A stretch of DNA of 64,000 nt from a bacterium (GTDB lineage Bacteria; Patescibacteriota; Saccharimonadia; Saccharimonadales; SZUA-47): NCBI GenBank assembly GCA_030428125.1, contig JAUIBF010000001.1:14102-78101 (forward strand), written 5' to 3'. A model generated the notes under the pieces. It made no database searches. It was not told where the DNA came from and was given only the letters and a program-made list of their open reading frames with translations. Of the stretch, positions 48,117 to 56,689 are shown piece after piece (position 1 is the stretch's first letter; each line of letters opens with the position of its first letter). Position numbers and translations under genes: made by a program.

Positions 48117-48881
48117 ATGTTAAAAGCAAACGTAGGACAACTCTCACCAGATCAAAGAATAATTATTGCTTATGATGGCATGAACTTAGACCAGGCAGCA
48201 GAGATGCATGCCGGATTTAATGAAGCTGGGTTTCATCCTATAGCTAAAGCAAACTCGCTTGCCACAAGACCGGGGCTTGATGCAGTAATGGCTAGGTTTA
48301 CAGACCTAGGATCACAAGTCATGTTCGACCCGAAACATCACGATACAGAAAACACGATGTACAACTACATAACAGAGGATGTCGCTGCAGAACCAGTGGC
48401 GCCGTTAATGGTTACGCTGCATGCATCGAATGGTACTGATGCACTTAGAGAAGCAACGCGTGGTAGGAATGAGTCTGTAGGAGCCGATTCTGAAATACTT
48501 AATTTGCTTGGTATTACAGTGCTAACTTCACTAGACGATGATGATGTTGTAAGTGTTTTCGGTGAAGGCGCGACTGCTGAATCAAAGTTCGTGGAGTTCG
48601 CACACCGAGCTCATGAAGCAGGCTGGCAAGGCTTAGTTTCTTCAGGAAAAGAGCTTGTAAAAGGTTATGAATTCAGAGAGCTAGACGGATTGCTGAGAGT
48701 TATTCCTGGTATCAAGTTGCCTGGCAATGACGACACAAAAGGTCAGAAACGACTATATACTCCTGATGTTGCAATCAGTGAAGGAGCGGACTTTGTTGTA
48801 ATTGGTCGCCACATCACAGAGGCAGATTCACCAGTTGCTGCTCTGGAGAAGGCAGTCGAGTTGGTTGATAAGGCAGCTTAG
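48117..48881 (+). CDS. pyrF: Orotidine-5'-phosphate decarboxylase
   Basis: IIIAYD, DPKHHD (DxKxxD), ITVLTS, PGI, QKR, VIGRHI. Confidence 0.9.
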   Translation: MLKANVGQLSPDQRIIIAYDGMNLDQAAEMHAGFNEAGFHPIAKANSLATRPGLDAVMARFTDLGSQVMFDPKHHDTENTMYNYITEDVAAEPVAPLMVTLHASNGTDALREATRGRNESVGADSEILNLLGITVLTSLDDDDVVSVFGEGATAESKFVEFAHRAHEAGWQGLVSSGKELVKGYEFRELDGLLRVIPGIKLPGNDDTKGQKRLYTPDVAISEGADFVVIGRHITEADSPVAALEKAVELVDKAA

Positions 48882-49070
48882 TATGATTGTTGTAGGCGCG
48901 TAGGTAGCTTTTTAGGCTTTTCGGTTTACTATATACGAACCCTTTACTTACAAGTCAATCTGAAATGACTTCATTTACTGCCTTGCGCGGGGTTTGCGAG
49001 TTTTGCCTAAACGTAATCGTGATGATTCATTGTATACTTTTAGGTATCAGAGTAGAGGGAAACACACAGG

Positions 49071-50330
49071 GTGAATGCCGGTAAACTGAAAATAATCATT
49101 AGTAAATACAAATTATCAGTTTTTATGGTTATTTTTGGAGTGATAGGTGTAGGGTTCCTAGCATTTTCATCTGCTGCGTCTGATTCGGTTATTGTTGAGT
49201 CTGAAAGTACATTTATCACTGGCGATGCCAGTGTCTTGTACGATGTAAATACCTCCGAAAATCAATACGTAGAGTTCGGATCTAGTGACGGCCAGACCTG
49301 GGAGCAAGCTCTCTTGGCTGCTACTGAAGCCACAAATATTCCGCCTGATTGTCACCAGGACGAATCGACCATATCATCAGCCAGGACTTCGGAGTGTCGG
49401 GTCATTGCCCAAGTAGGTATGAATATAATGCGTGATTGGTATATTAAAAACACCGGTTTCGAAAGTTATTTCGACCCTGATCTAAACAGATTTTTGACAG
49501 ATTCAGACCTAGACCCGTATCCGGGTGGTGAAATAACGGAAAGCAATATAACGCTTGATAGAAAAAAATTCTCCGGCCCAATAACTATAGTCGGCAATAA
49601 TGTCACCATTACAAATTCCAAAGTGGAAGTAGGGGGCTATTCATACGGGATAGACTTAAGGCAGGGCAGCAATTACACAATTGACAGAGTTACTGTTGAA
49701 TACGTTGGCCAACTTGGTCCGACTAAAGCCGATCGTGGCAACAGGGCTGTGTATGCAAATAAGCCAGGCGTAGTCAGAAGGGTAAAGGCGCTGGATGGTT
49801 TTAGTTCAGGTTTTCGAGCGGAGGGCCAAGGGGCTATGGACATACTTTGGGAGTACAATTTCCTAGATAGACTTTACGTTACCGATCTTAACCCCGATGG
49901 ATCAACAGCAGGAGACCACAACACATCAGCAACGCTAAGGTCAAACTTAGGTGCTTCGCAAGGTATTAGTGGCGTTACATATCGACGAAACATGTTCTTA
50001 GATGGAACATCAGCCGCATTTAGCTTTTATGATAAAGAACCAAGTGTTACTCATAGCAATTTATTATTCGAAGAAAACATTTATGATATTTTTCATACAT
50101 CTAACTCTGACGGATCTGGTGGCCGAGGTGTTAATTATTGTATAAATTCGGGTAACAGTGGTAACTACAGTAACGTAAGGTACATAGGGAATGTTTTTGG
50201 TCAATCTCAAAGACCTACAAATAAAGGCGATGGAAATTGGTACCGCAAATGTGGCTCGTCATTTCCAAGTTCGGGTAATCAAGGCGATTATTCATCAGGC
50301 AATAGGTATATCGACGGCAATCCTATTTAG
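49071..50330 (+). CDS. Secreted/anchored right-handed beta-helix protein
   Basis: N-terminal TM segment; NVTITNS and Asn-ladder repeats. Confidence 0.7.
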   Translation: MNAGKLKIIISKYKLSVFMVIFGVIGVGFLAFSSAASDSVIVESESTFITGDASVLYDVNTSENQYVEFGSSDGQTWEQALLAATEATNIPPDCHQDESTISSARTSECRVIAQVGMNIMRDWYIKNTGFESYFDPDLNRFLTDSDLDPYPGGEITESNITLDRKKFSGPITIVGNNVTITNSKVEVGGYSYGIDLRQGSNYTIDRVTVEYVGQLGPTKADRGNRAVYANKPGVVRRVKALDGFSSGFRAEGQGAMDILWEYNFLDRLYVTDLNPDGSTAGDHNTSATLRSNLGASQGISGVTYRRNMFLDGTSAAFSFYDKEPSVTHSNLLFEENIYDIFHTSNSDGSGGRGVNYCINSGNSGNYSNVRYIGNVFGQSQRPTNKGDGNWYRKCGSSFPSSGNQGDYSSGNRYIDGNPI

Positions 50331-50344
50331 AAGATCCTGAAGTT

Positions 50345-50689
50345 TTACTTATTGGACGTAAAGTCAATTCTTAGTTGGGCCATTAGTTCGACGGCACGTT
50401 TTGGGATGGGGCTATCGACCGTGAATCTAACAACGCCTTTACTATGGTCTAACTCCGGAAATTCTTCGATAACTACTGATACAATTCGTGGATCAAACGG
50501 ATAGACATTTAATCCGTGCTTGTTATCGCTGAAACCAATCAAGGGCTTGTTGTTAAGTTTGAATGCTGGCAGGCCGTAGCTCAAGCCTTCGACTGCATCC
50601 GGTGCTAGTTCTATAACGGTATCAATCACGCATTTTTTTAAACACTGTGCCTCATCACTATCAAGGCTACTCAAATAATCACTAAACAT
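50345..50689 (-). CDS. DUF1801 (YdhG-like) protein
   Basis: PDAVEGLSYGLPAF, SKGVVRF. Confidence 0.85.
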   Translation of the reverse strand: MFSDYLSSLDSDEAQCLKKCVIDTVIELAPDAVEGLSYGLPAFKLNNKPLIGFSDNKHGLNVYPFDPRIVSVVIEEFPELDHSKGVVRFTVDSPIPKRAVELMAQLRIDFTSNK

Positions 50690-50710
50690 ATCCTAATTGT
50701 AGCTCAAAAT

Positions 50711-50736
50711 AAAAACCCCATCCATGGGATGAGGTT
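50711..50736 (-). terminator. Displaced tRNA-fMet terminator beside the distal att site
   Basis: Minus strand AACCTCATCC-CAT-GGATGGGGTT-TTT. Confidence 0.75.
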
Positions 50737-50862
50737 CATATTTTGGTAGCGCGCCTAAAATCGGATTGGAACCTAATCTGTTCAGAGCTTAGCCGCTGGA
50801 AACAGCAATTAGAGGTGGCACAAGATGTTATGTGGACTGGCAGTTAGGAGTGGAACGGATTC

Positions 50863-52767
50863 TTAAACTAGGTTCTTTTCTATGTAGTCTTTAAGGTCTT
50901 TCACGAACTTAGCATAGTCAGACGTAATGTCGTCATACTTAAAGCTATCAAATACTGCCGTCTTAAGCTCTTTAAAGATCGTTTTGATCTCGTCACTGTT
51001 TCTGCCGTCGCTGATCAGCTGGTCTTTGATGTATTTAAGCTTGTTATGTGCCGGCAGGCTTGAGGCGCTTACAGTGAACTCGTTGCCTAGTTTTTTAGTT
51101 ACTGCGCTAACTGAACTAGAAAGAAGCTCATTCTTAATAAAGTCTTCGCCAGTTATCGCATTAGTATTTTTTGAAATCTGCTTGTAGGTCAGCCATTTGA
51201 TTTCATGACCCCACTCATTGTAGTTTTTCTGATTATCCTTAGCCGCTGTATCGTTATCACTTACGATGAGCCCCTTTCTCTCAGCAGCTTCAAGCGTAGG
51301 CACTAAGGACCTGAACGAAGGTGCCCCGGAACCATGAACAATACCAAGCTGGCTAAAGAACTGTTTGTGGTTTTTCGTAGTGTACTTCTTAAATAACTGC
51401 TTGTCTCTCCAGCCCTCAAAAAGCAGGTTTACCTCTTTTAGATGTTCGAAAGTAGAATAGTTAATTGCATTGAATATAACTTCTTCATCTACAATATTTC
51501 CTTCGTTTCCTTCCTCTAAACTAGTTACTTCGCGATCCTTTCTTACAATATAGTGCCTTGAAATATCATGTCTATCGATCATAAAAATAGAGTGAGTCGA
51601 GTAGACTACCTGATTATTTGTTGATACTTTCAGCAACTCATCCCTAAAGTACCTTGCCCCGGAGGGGTGAAGGCCGATTTCTGGTTCGTCAATCAGTATA
51701 AGCGCGTCCTGGAGCTTACCAGTATGTGAGGTGCTCGAAATACTAAGCAGGAAAGCAATGAACTTCTTGAACCCGTCACTCCTGTCTTTGAATTGGAAAT
51801 CGTTCTCTTCAGATATGCTGCACTGTATTTTTGTCCCGTCCATTTGCAAAGTAAAACTAACATCACCATACTCTTTCCAGACAGTTGCTAAATACTCGGT
51901 CGCTTTTTCGTGGACTCTTTTTAGTAGGTTGTTTAAGCGTGTTGGACCTTTTTCTTTTTCTGCTTTAATAGTGCTCGGTATATCTTCAATCCCCGCCAGA
52001 TTAAACATGTTCTTTAGTGAAAGAAACTTTTTAGGATCTTCCATGAACTTGGCTAAATTAACGTGAGACGGCAAGAAGTCCTGCTCTTCAAACTCCCAAA
52101 AAATAACTTCAGGCAGATTGTCCTTCATGTACTGGATTAAGCTGCCGTGAACAAGATCTGAAAAGTTGTCAAAAGTTGCTACCGCGAGATAGCCCTCAGG
52201 AATTTTTTGGTGTTCTTCTTCTGACAACTTGGCTAGCTTTAATGCGCCTAATGTTGTCTTTAGTCCTTCTTCGTCAGTATACTCAAAGTCTTCGGGGCAT
52301 TTTGAGGTTATCTTATACCAGCCGTCTGTAATGTCGTACTTCTCGTCATATGTAAAATATTGACCAGATTTACTTTCTTTAGGGACATTAACCTTGTATT
52401 GGAGGTGTTCAAATGTTCTTATGAAACCGTATACAGTAAGCGCCTCGTCACCTATACTCGCAATTTTAGCCCTTGGCCCGGCTAGGATTTGAGCATTTAA
52501 AATATCCCTAACTGCCTCGTGATCCTTCTTCTCAAGCTTAAACTTAAACTTGATGCACGATTCATCAACCTGCGCCTCATCTCCTAGAGGCTGCCTCTCG
52601 TCTGACTTGTGGGGTGCGTATTCTGGTGAAAGTGTTGCAAGGGCGTTTAGTACGTTTGATTTGCCCGACTCATTAATACCAACTAAAACTCTGCAGCTTG
52701 GATCAAATGTAACAACCTGATGTTTTATAGACCTGTAGTTTATGATTGTTGATTCTACTAGTTTCAT
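50863..52767 (-). CDS. OLD/GajA-like ATP-dependent nuclease (ABC-ATPase + TOPRIM)
   Basis: NYRSIK, GINESGKS, SDG, DEPEIGLHP, STHS, then FEGWRD and SDND TOPRIM motifs. Confidence 0.85.
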   Translation of the reverse strand: MKLVESTIINYRSIKHQVVTFDPSCRVLVGINESGKSNVLNALATLSPEYAPHKSDERQPLGDEAQVDESCIKFKFKLEKKDHEAVRDILNAQILAGPRAKIASIGDEALTVYGFIRTFEHLQYKVNVPKESKSGQYFTYDEKYDITDGWYKITSKCPEDFEYTDEEGLKTTLGALKLAKLSEEEHQKIPEGYLAVATFDNFSDLVHGSLIQYMKDNLPEVIFWEFEEQDFLPSHVNLAKFMEDPKKFLSLKNMFNLAGIEDIPSTIKAEKEKGPTRLNNLLKRVHEKATEYLATVWKEYGDVSFTLQMDGTKIQCSISEENDFQFKDRSDGFKKFIAFLLSISSTSHTGKLQDALILIDEPEIGLHPSGARYFRDELLKVSTNNQVVYSTHSIFMIDRHDISRHYIVRKDREVTSLEEGNEGNIVDEEVIFNAINYSTFEHLKEVNLLFEGWRDKQLFKKYTTKNHKQFFSQLGIVHGSGAPSFRSLVPTLEAAERKGLIVSDNDTAAKDNQKNYNEWGHEIKWLTYKQISKNTNAITGEDFIKNELLSSSVSAVTKKLGNEFTVSASSLPAHNKLKYIKDQLISDGRNSDEIKTIFKELKTAVFDSFKYDDITSDYAKFVKDLKDYIEKNLV

Positions 52768-52927
52768 ATTTTGTAGCTTTTGTCATATTCCCACCACTTG
52801 GTTACAGTTTACATCTGCCACCTCTGTTTTACAAGATTAGCACTCAATACGTAGCCAGTACGCGCGCAGACATGTGTGTGCGCAGAGCATGTTTTGTAAG
52901 CAATACGTGCGCGTGTGCGCAGGTGAT

Positions 52928-53398
52928 CTATTGGTAGATATTTTCTACCGCATACATAGCAGATTCACCATTTGTGCCATGAATCAATTCAACAAAGCTC
53001 GGATTAACATCCAATAAGTAGCCCCAGCGCAGCATGTAGTCGTCAGCTTCTTTCGTACCAATCCTGCTATTTATGTGTCTAATTTCAGGAAAATAACAGA
53101 GATACAGCCACCGGAAGTGCAGTTTTGAGCCACGTGGAGCATTCTGGGCTTGCGTGTCGCGCTTTCTGACGAAGTATGTAATGAAAGCTAGGTCTGCAGC
53201 CTTCTTTCCGTCTGGGGTCATAGAATGTTTGACGTCCATGTACGTAATTGGCATGCCCAGCATGCTCTTTATGCGAATTTTGGATACATGCAAAAAGTCG
53301 AGCCTGGATTCTTTAGGTATGCGCTCGGTCCTGTTCATGCCAAGCCAGTGGAACTTCAGCGGCTGATATTTACTGACAAACTTGTCAAATGATTGCAT
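52928..53398 (-). CDS. Hypothetical protein (element cargo)
   Basis: 156-aa ORF 3 bp downstream of the preceding gene. Confidence 0.6.
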   Translation of the reverse strand: MQSFDKFVSKYQPLKFHWLGMNRTERIPKESRLDFLHVSKIRIKSMLGMPITYMDVKHSMTPDGKKAADLAFITYFVRKRDTQAQNAPRGSKLHFRWLYLCYFPEIRHINSRIGTKEADDYMLRWGYLLDVNPSFVELIHGTNGESAMYAVENIYQ

Positions 53399-53401
53399 GC
53401 C

Positions 53402-53806
53402 TTAGAGCTGATGCATTATCCGAATAAACACGATAGCAGCTACTATCGGAAATAAGAAACCTGCGGCTGATGTGATTGTGAAAAATACTAATTTTGGCAC
53501 ATCATGTAACGCTCCGGGTTTTTCTTGTCCAAGCATCATGAGTGCGCCGTCACGGTCGTTCATAGCATGGATTGATTTGATCTTTCTTAGCTTTAGTAAA
53601 AAGAACGGTATTGATGCAAATGAGATAACAAATATACCGGGCAAAAATAACAAAACCGTAGACAATGAAACGAAAGTGCCAGTTATGATGCTGTAGATCA
53701 AACCTGCAGTTAACCACCAAAAGATAACACTCTTTGAATATGATGTTGCCGACATGTTGTATTCATCAGCATCAACACCTGCGACCTTCTTTTTCTTTTC
53801 TGCCAT
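53402..53806 (-). CDS. Hypothetical membrane protein (element cargo)
   Basis: 3 TM segments; GAAGGAG RBS before ATG 53806. Confidence 0.65.
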   Translation of the reverse strand: MAEKKKKVAGVDADEYNMSATSYSKSVIFWWLTAGLIYSIITGTFVSLSTVLLFLPGIFVISFASIPFFLLKLRKIKSIHAMNDRDGALMMLGQEKPGALHDVPKLVFFTITSAAGFLFPIVAAIVFIRIMHQL

Positions 53807-54206
53807 TGCTACTCCTTCGTTAATTAGGTGCGAGCAATCAAAAAGCCCGTCACGAGCGACAGCCTTTCGACCATCCATCACCGTTTCCAGCAATGACATC
53901 AACAAGAAGTACTCATGACGAGCTGTTTCTTGTTGATGATTTGATGACCATGCCGGCAGAACCGGGTTAGGTCTAGTGGATTAACCACTTGAAGACATTA
54001 TATCTTGTTTGTGTACAATGACTACCAGTAAATATACTAAATAACATAAGCATTATCCTTGCAAATTTGTGTTCGGCCACGTATGCTGTACTTAACTGTC
54101 CCACTGATCAAGGACGAAAAAAGGATCACATCATTAACCATAAATAGTAAAGGAGATTCAAAAACAAAATATCTGCGAGGCTATAACTAATAAGAGGAAG
54201 CCGGAT

Positions 54207-54476
54207 ATGAAAAAACTACATAAACATTCAACTGCATACCGAATGCAGTACGTAACTAGTGACAGATTTTTAGTAGCTGCACTGATTAGTAATGGGCTTA
54301 GTCCAGAAGTAATTGCTAAGACGAAGGCAGGCGTCATGTTCTATACATTTAAGCGCAGTCAGCGTTTTACGAGACTACTAGAACGTTACGAAAATAACAC
54401 GCTCAAGGTGAAAACAGACTACTACGATCGAGTTTGCGAGATGCATTACGAACCCTTCGATTGGGGTAATGACTAG
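54207..54476 (+). CDS. Small DUF5659-like protein
   Basis: TSDRFLVAALISNG..FYTF motif; upstream of the recombinase. Confidence 0.6.
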   Translation: MKKLHKHSTAYRMQYVTSDRFLVAALISNGLSPEVIAKTKAGVMFYTFKRSQRFTRLLERYENNTLKVKTDYYDRVCEMHYEPFDWGND

Positions 54477-54594
54477 CAAGGAGGCTCGTAAGCTCCTTGG
54501 CAAACAAGCGCAGGAAATGTCCGATGATGAGGTACAACACTTCATCGAGTTTCTTGTTGCCTGCGCCAAGGAGCGCCTTGGAGTCAAGGTGTAA
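54469..54594 (+). CDS. 41-aa ORF before the recombinase, missing from the ORF track
   Basis: MTSKEARKLLGKQAQEMSDDEVQHFIEFLVACAKERLGVKV*; overlaps the upstream stop. Confidence 0.6.
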   Translation: MTSKEARKLLGKQAQEMSDDEVQHFIEFLVACAKERLGVKV

Positions 54595-54642
54595 AAAGAG
54601 CCAATAACACTATAAAATAGTTGTAGTGAAAGGTACAACACT

Positions 54643-56220
54643 ATGAATAATCAAAGAACCAAGAAAGCCGTTGCATATATTAGGGTTTCAAGCACTATGC
54701 AAAAGGACAACGAAAGTCCTGATACGCAACACGCAAAAATTCAGGAATATGCTAACTCAAATGGGATTGAGATTATCAAAGACGGCTGGTTCTTTGATGA
54801 AGCAAAAAGTGGTAAAAATGCAGACCGTGAAGAGCTGCAGAACATGCTTAAGTTTGCTCTTTCGCGGAGAGACAAGATTGATCACGTAATAGTTTACAAA
54901 ATGAGCCGCGCTTCTAGGGACCTGTACTCATACATCACACAAGTGCAAATGGCACTAAGATCAAAAGGTATCACAATGAGATCCGCCACGGAGCCAATTG
55001 ATGATACAAAAATGGGAAGGTTCATGGAAAACTTGTACGTCATACTTGCCCAGCTCGATAATGACAGCAAAGCAGAATATACGCTCGATAACATGAAATC
55101 GCTTGCCGCGCAGGGCTATTATCAACACTCGCCACCGACTGGATACGATAACGCTAAGCTGCCTAATGCTATGGGGAAGCCAAGACCTTCGCTTAAACAA
55201 AATGACATGGCGCCAAAAGTAAAGAATGTCCTCGAAAGGTTTAGTAAGGGTGGTATCACGAAAGCCGAGCTCAAAAGATATGCCGATTCTATCGGATTGA
55301 GGAGTAGGTATGGCAAGAAGATGAGTGAAGATTCAATTAATCGCATGCTTGGCAATGCGACATATGCAGGCTTTATTAAGGATAGATTCACTGATCACAA
55401 ACAAGTAGCTGGTAGGCATGAGCCAATCATTACCCCAGAAGTTTATGAGTTAAACCAGGCGCTTCTTTACGGCAGGAACACCCGTAAAGATGAGGTACAC
55501 AAGCGTAAGAACGAGAGCTATGTACTGAAAGGAACATTGATGTGTATCGGATGTAACAACCCTTTGTACGCTTCGGCGCCACGCACTGGAAATGGTGGAT
55601 ATTCTCCAAGATATCATTGTGGACGCGGCTGTAAATCACCATCCATAAAAGCAAATATTGTGCATGAGGACTTTGAGCGTTTGCTTGATGAGCTTAAGCC
55701 TTCTGAAGGCGTGCTCAAATTGTACAAACAAGTGTTGATTCAAGAAGCCAATAAGGCACTAGGCGCTCTTAATGGCCGTATATCAGCTGTACGAGATGAG
55801 CTTGACGAGATTGCTGTAAAACGGGCTAACGGAATTGAAATGTTCGCCGGTGGAGAGTTGTCTATAGAAGAAAAGAACGTATTAATAGACAGTTTGGATC
55901 AAAAGAAGCTAGAAACCCAATTAAGACTGCATGACCTTGAGCAACTGCAGAATATTCGTGAATCTGACATAGATGCTGCGATCAACTTTATGGGTAGCGT
56001 CAACGAGCAGTGGAAGAACAGTAACTTCGATAACAGAGTTAGGTTCCAAAACATACTATTTCCTCAAGGTATTACGTATAATCTCGCCGAACAAGAGTTT
56101 GGAACCTCACAAATGAGTCCGCTTTATAGATTGGTGGAACGAAAAAGAGACTCCGGAGAGTCTCAAAAATCTTACTTGGTAGCGGGGGCAGGACTCGAAC
56201 CTGCGACCTCTTGGTTATGA
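54643..56220 (+). CDS. Large serine recombinase (integrase)
   Basis: YIRVSS catalytic Ser, SRASR, recombinase domain, HEPII, Zn ribbon CIGC..YHC...C, coiled coil. Confidence 0.95.
   Translation: MNNQRTKKAVAYIRVSSTMQKDNESPDTQHAKIQEYANSNGIEIIKDGWFFDEAKSGKNADREELQNMLKFALSRRDKIDHVIVYKMSRASRDLYSYITQVQMALRSKGITMRSATEPIDDTKMGRFMENLYVILAQLDNDSKAEYTLDNMKSLAAQGYYQHSPPTGYDNAKLPNAMGKPRPSLKQNDMAPKVKNVLERFSKGGITKAELKRYADSIGLRSRYGKKMSEDSINRMLGNATYAGFIKDRFTDHKQVAGRHEPIITPEVYELNQALLYGRNTRKDEVHKRKNESYVLKGTLMCIGCNNPLYASAPRTGNGGYSPRYHCGRGCKSPSIKANIVHEDFERLLDELKPSEGVLKLYKQVLIQEANKALGALNGRISAVRDELDEIAVKRANGIEMFAGGELSIEEKNVLIDSLDQKKLETQLRLHDLEQLQNIRESDIDAAINFMGSVNEQWKNSNFDNRVRFQNILFPQGITYNLAEQEFGTSQMSPLYRLVERKRDSGESQKSYLVAGAGLEPATSWL
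56142..56164 (-). terminator. Replacement tRNA terminator embedded in the integrase ORF
   Basis: Minus strand GAGACTC-TCCG-GAGTCTC-TTTTT, 12 nt after the tRNA CCA. Confidence 0.7.
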
Positions 56221-56251
56221 GCCAAGCGAGCTGCCGCTGCTCCACCCCGCG
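56177..56251 (-). tRNA. Initiator tRNA-fMet (CAT)
   Basis: CGCGGGG 5' end with C1/U72 mismatch, A11-U24, CTCATAA loop, GGTTCGAGTCC, ACCA. Confidence 0.93.
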
Positions 56252-56407
56252 TCGTCGGCATGTGATGGCGTTTGCGCCAGAACTGCCGACGAAACAAGTT
56301 CCTCGGACACTTCTGGCACCCTCGCCAAGCTGCCTCCTCTCGATTTTGTGAATCCTCTCACAAAATCGGACAAGCTACATTTATTAGTAGCTTTTAGACT
56401 GGGATAT

Positions 56408-56436
56408 ATTATACATAACAGAGGTAATATAGTCAA
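56408..56436 (-). promoter_or_regulatory. Sigma70 promoter of tRNA-fMet
   Basis: TTGACT-N17-TATAAT with extended -10 TG. Confidence 0.8.
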
Positions 56437-56689
56437 TGGTGTGGTTTGGGGAAATAGTTTTAACTAAAGACTATTTCTTTGATTTAGGTTTTTTAGGCTC
56501 ACGCCTTGGTCGATCTTTCGACATAAAAACACTCCTCAGTACAAATTAATTTGTCTTGTGTGAAGTGGTTTTATGAAATCATCTTAAGTTTTGCTCCTTG
56601 TGTTGGTATTACCCAAACCACATCTACAATATATCTCATTTCTTACCGCTTGTGTATAGTCGATATCACTCTGATAAAATTACTTCGTT

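Larger units (their letters stand above)
50743..56184. mobile_element. Integrative element (large serine recombinase) at the tRNA-fMet 3' end
   Basis: 9-bp direct repeat TTGGTAGCG at 50743-50751 and 56176-56184; recombinase gene overlaps the tRNA. Confidence 0.85.

Noticed and set aside
48882..49070. c-di-GMP-I riboswitch-like words (GGCAAAAC..GCAA) on the minus strand
   Set aside because: The stems do not fit the consensus and there is no downstream gene in that orientation.
48882..50742. Further cassettes beyond the fMet element
   Set aside because: No additional TGGTAGCG core was found by eye; the beta-helix and DUF1801 genes may be accessory, but boundaries are unsupported.
56215..56436. 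73-aa minus-strand ORF
   Set aside because: It overlaps the tRNA-fMet promoter, leader and gene.
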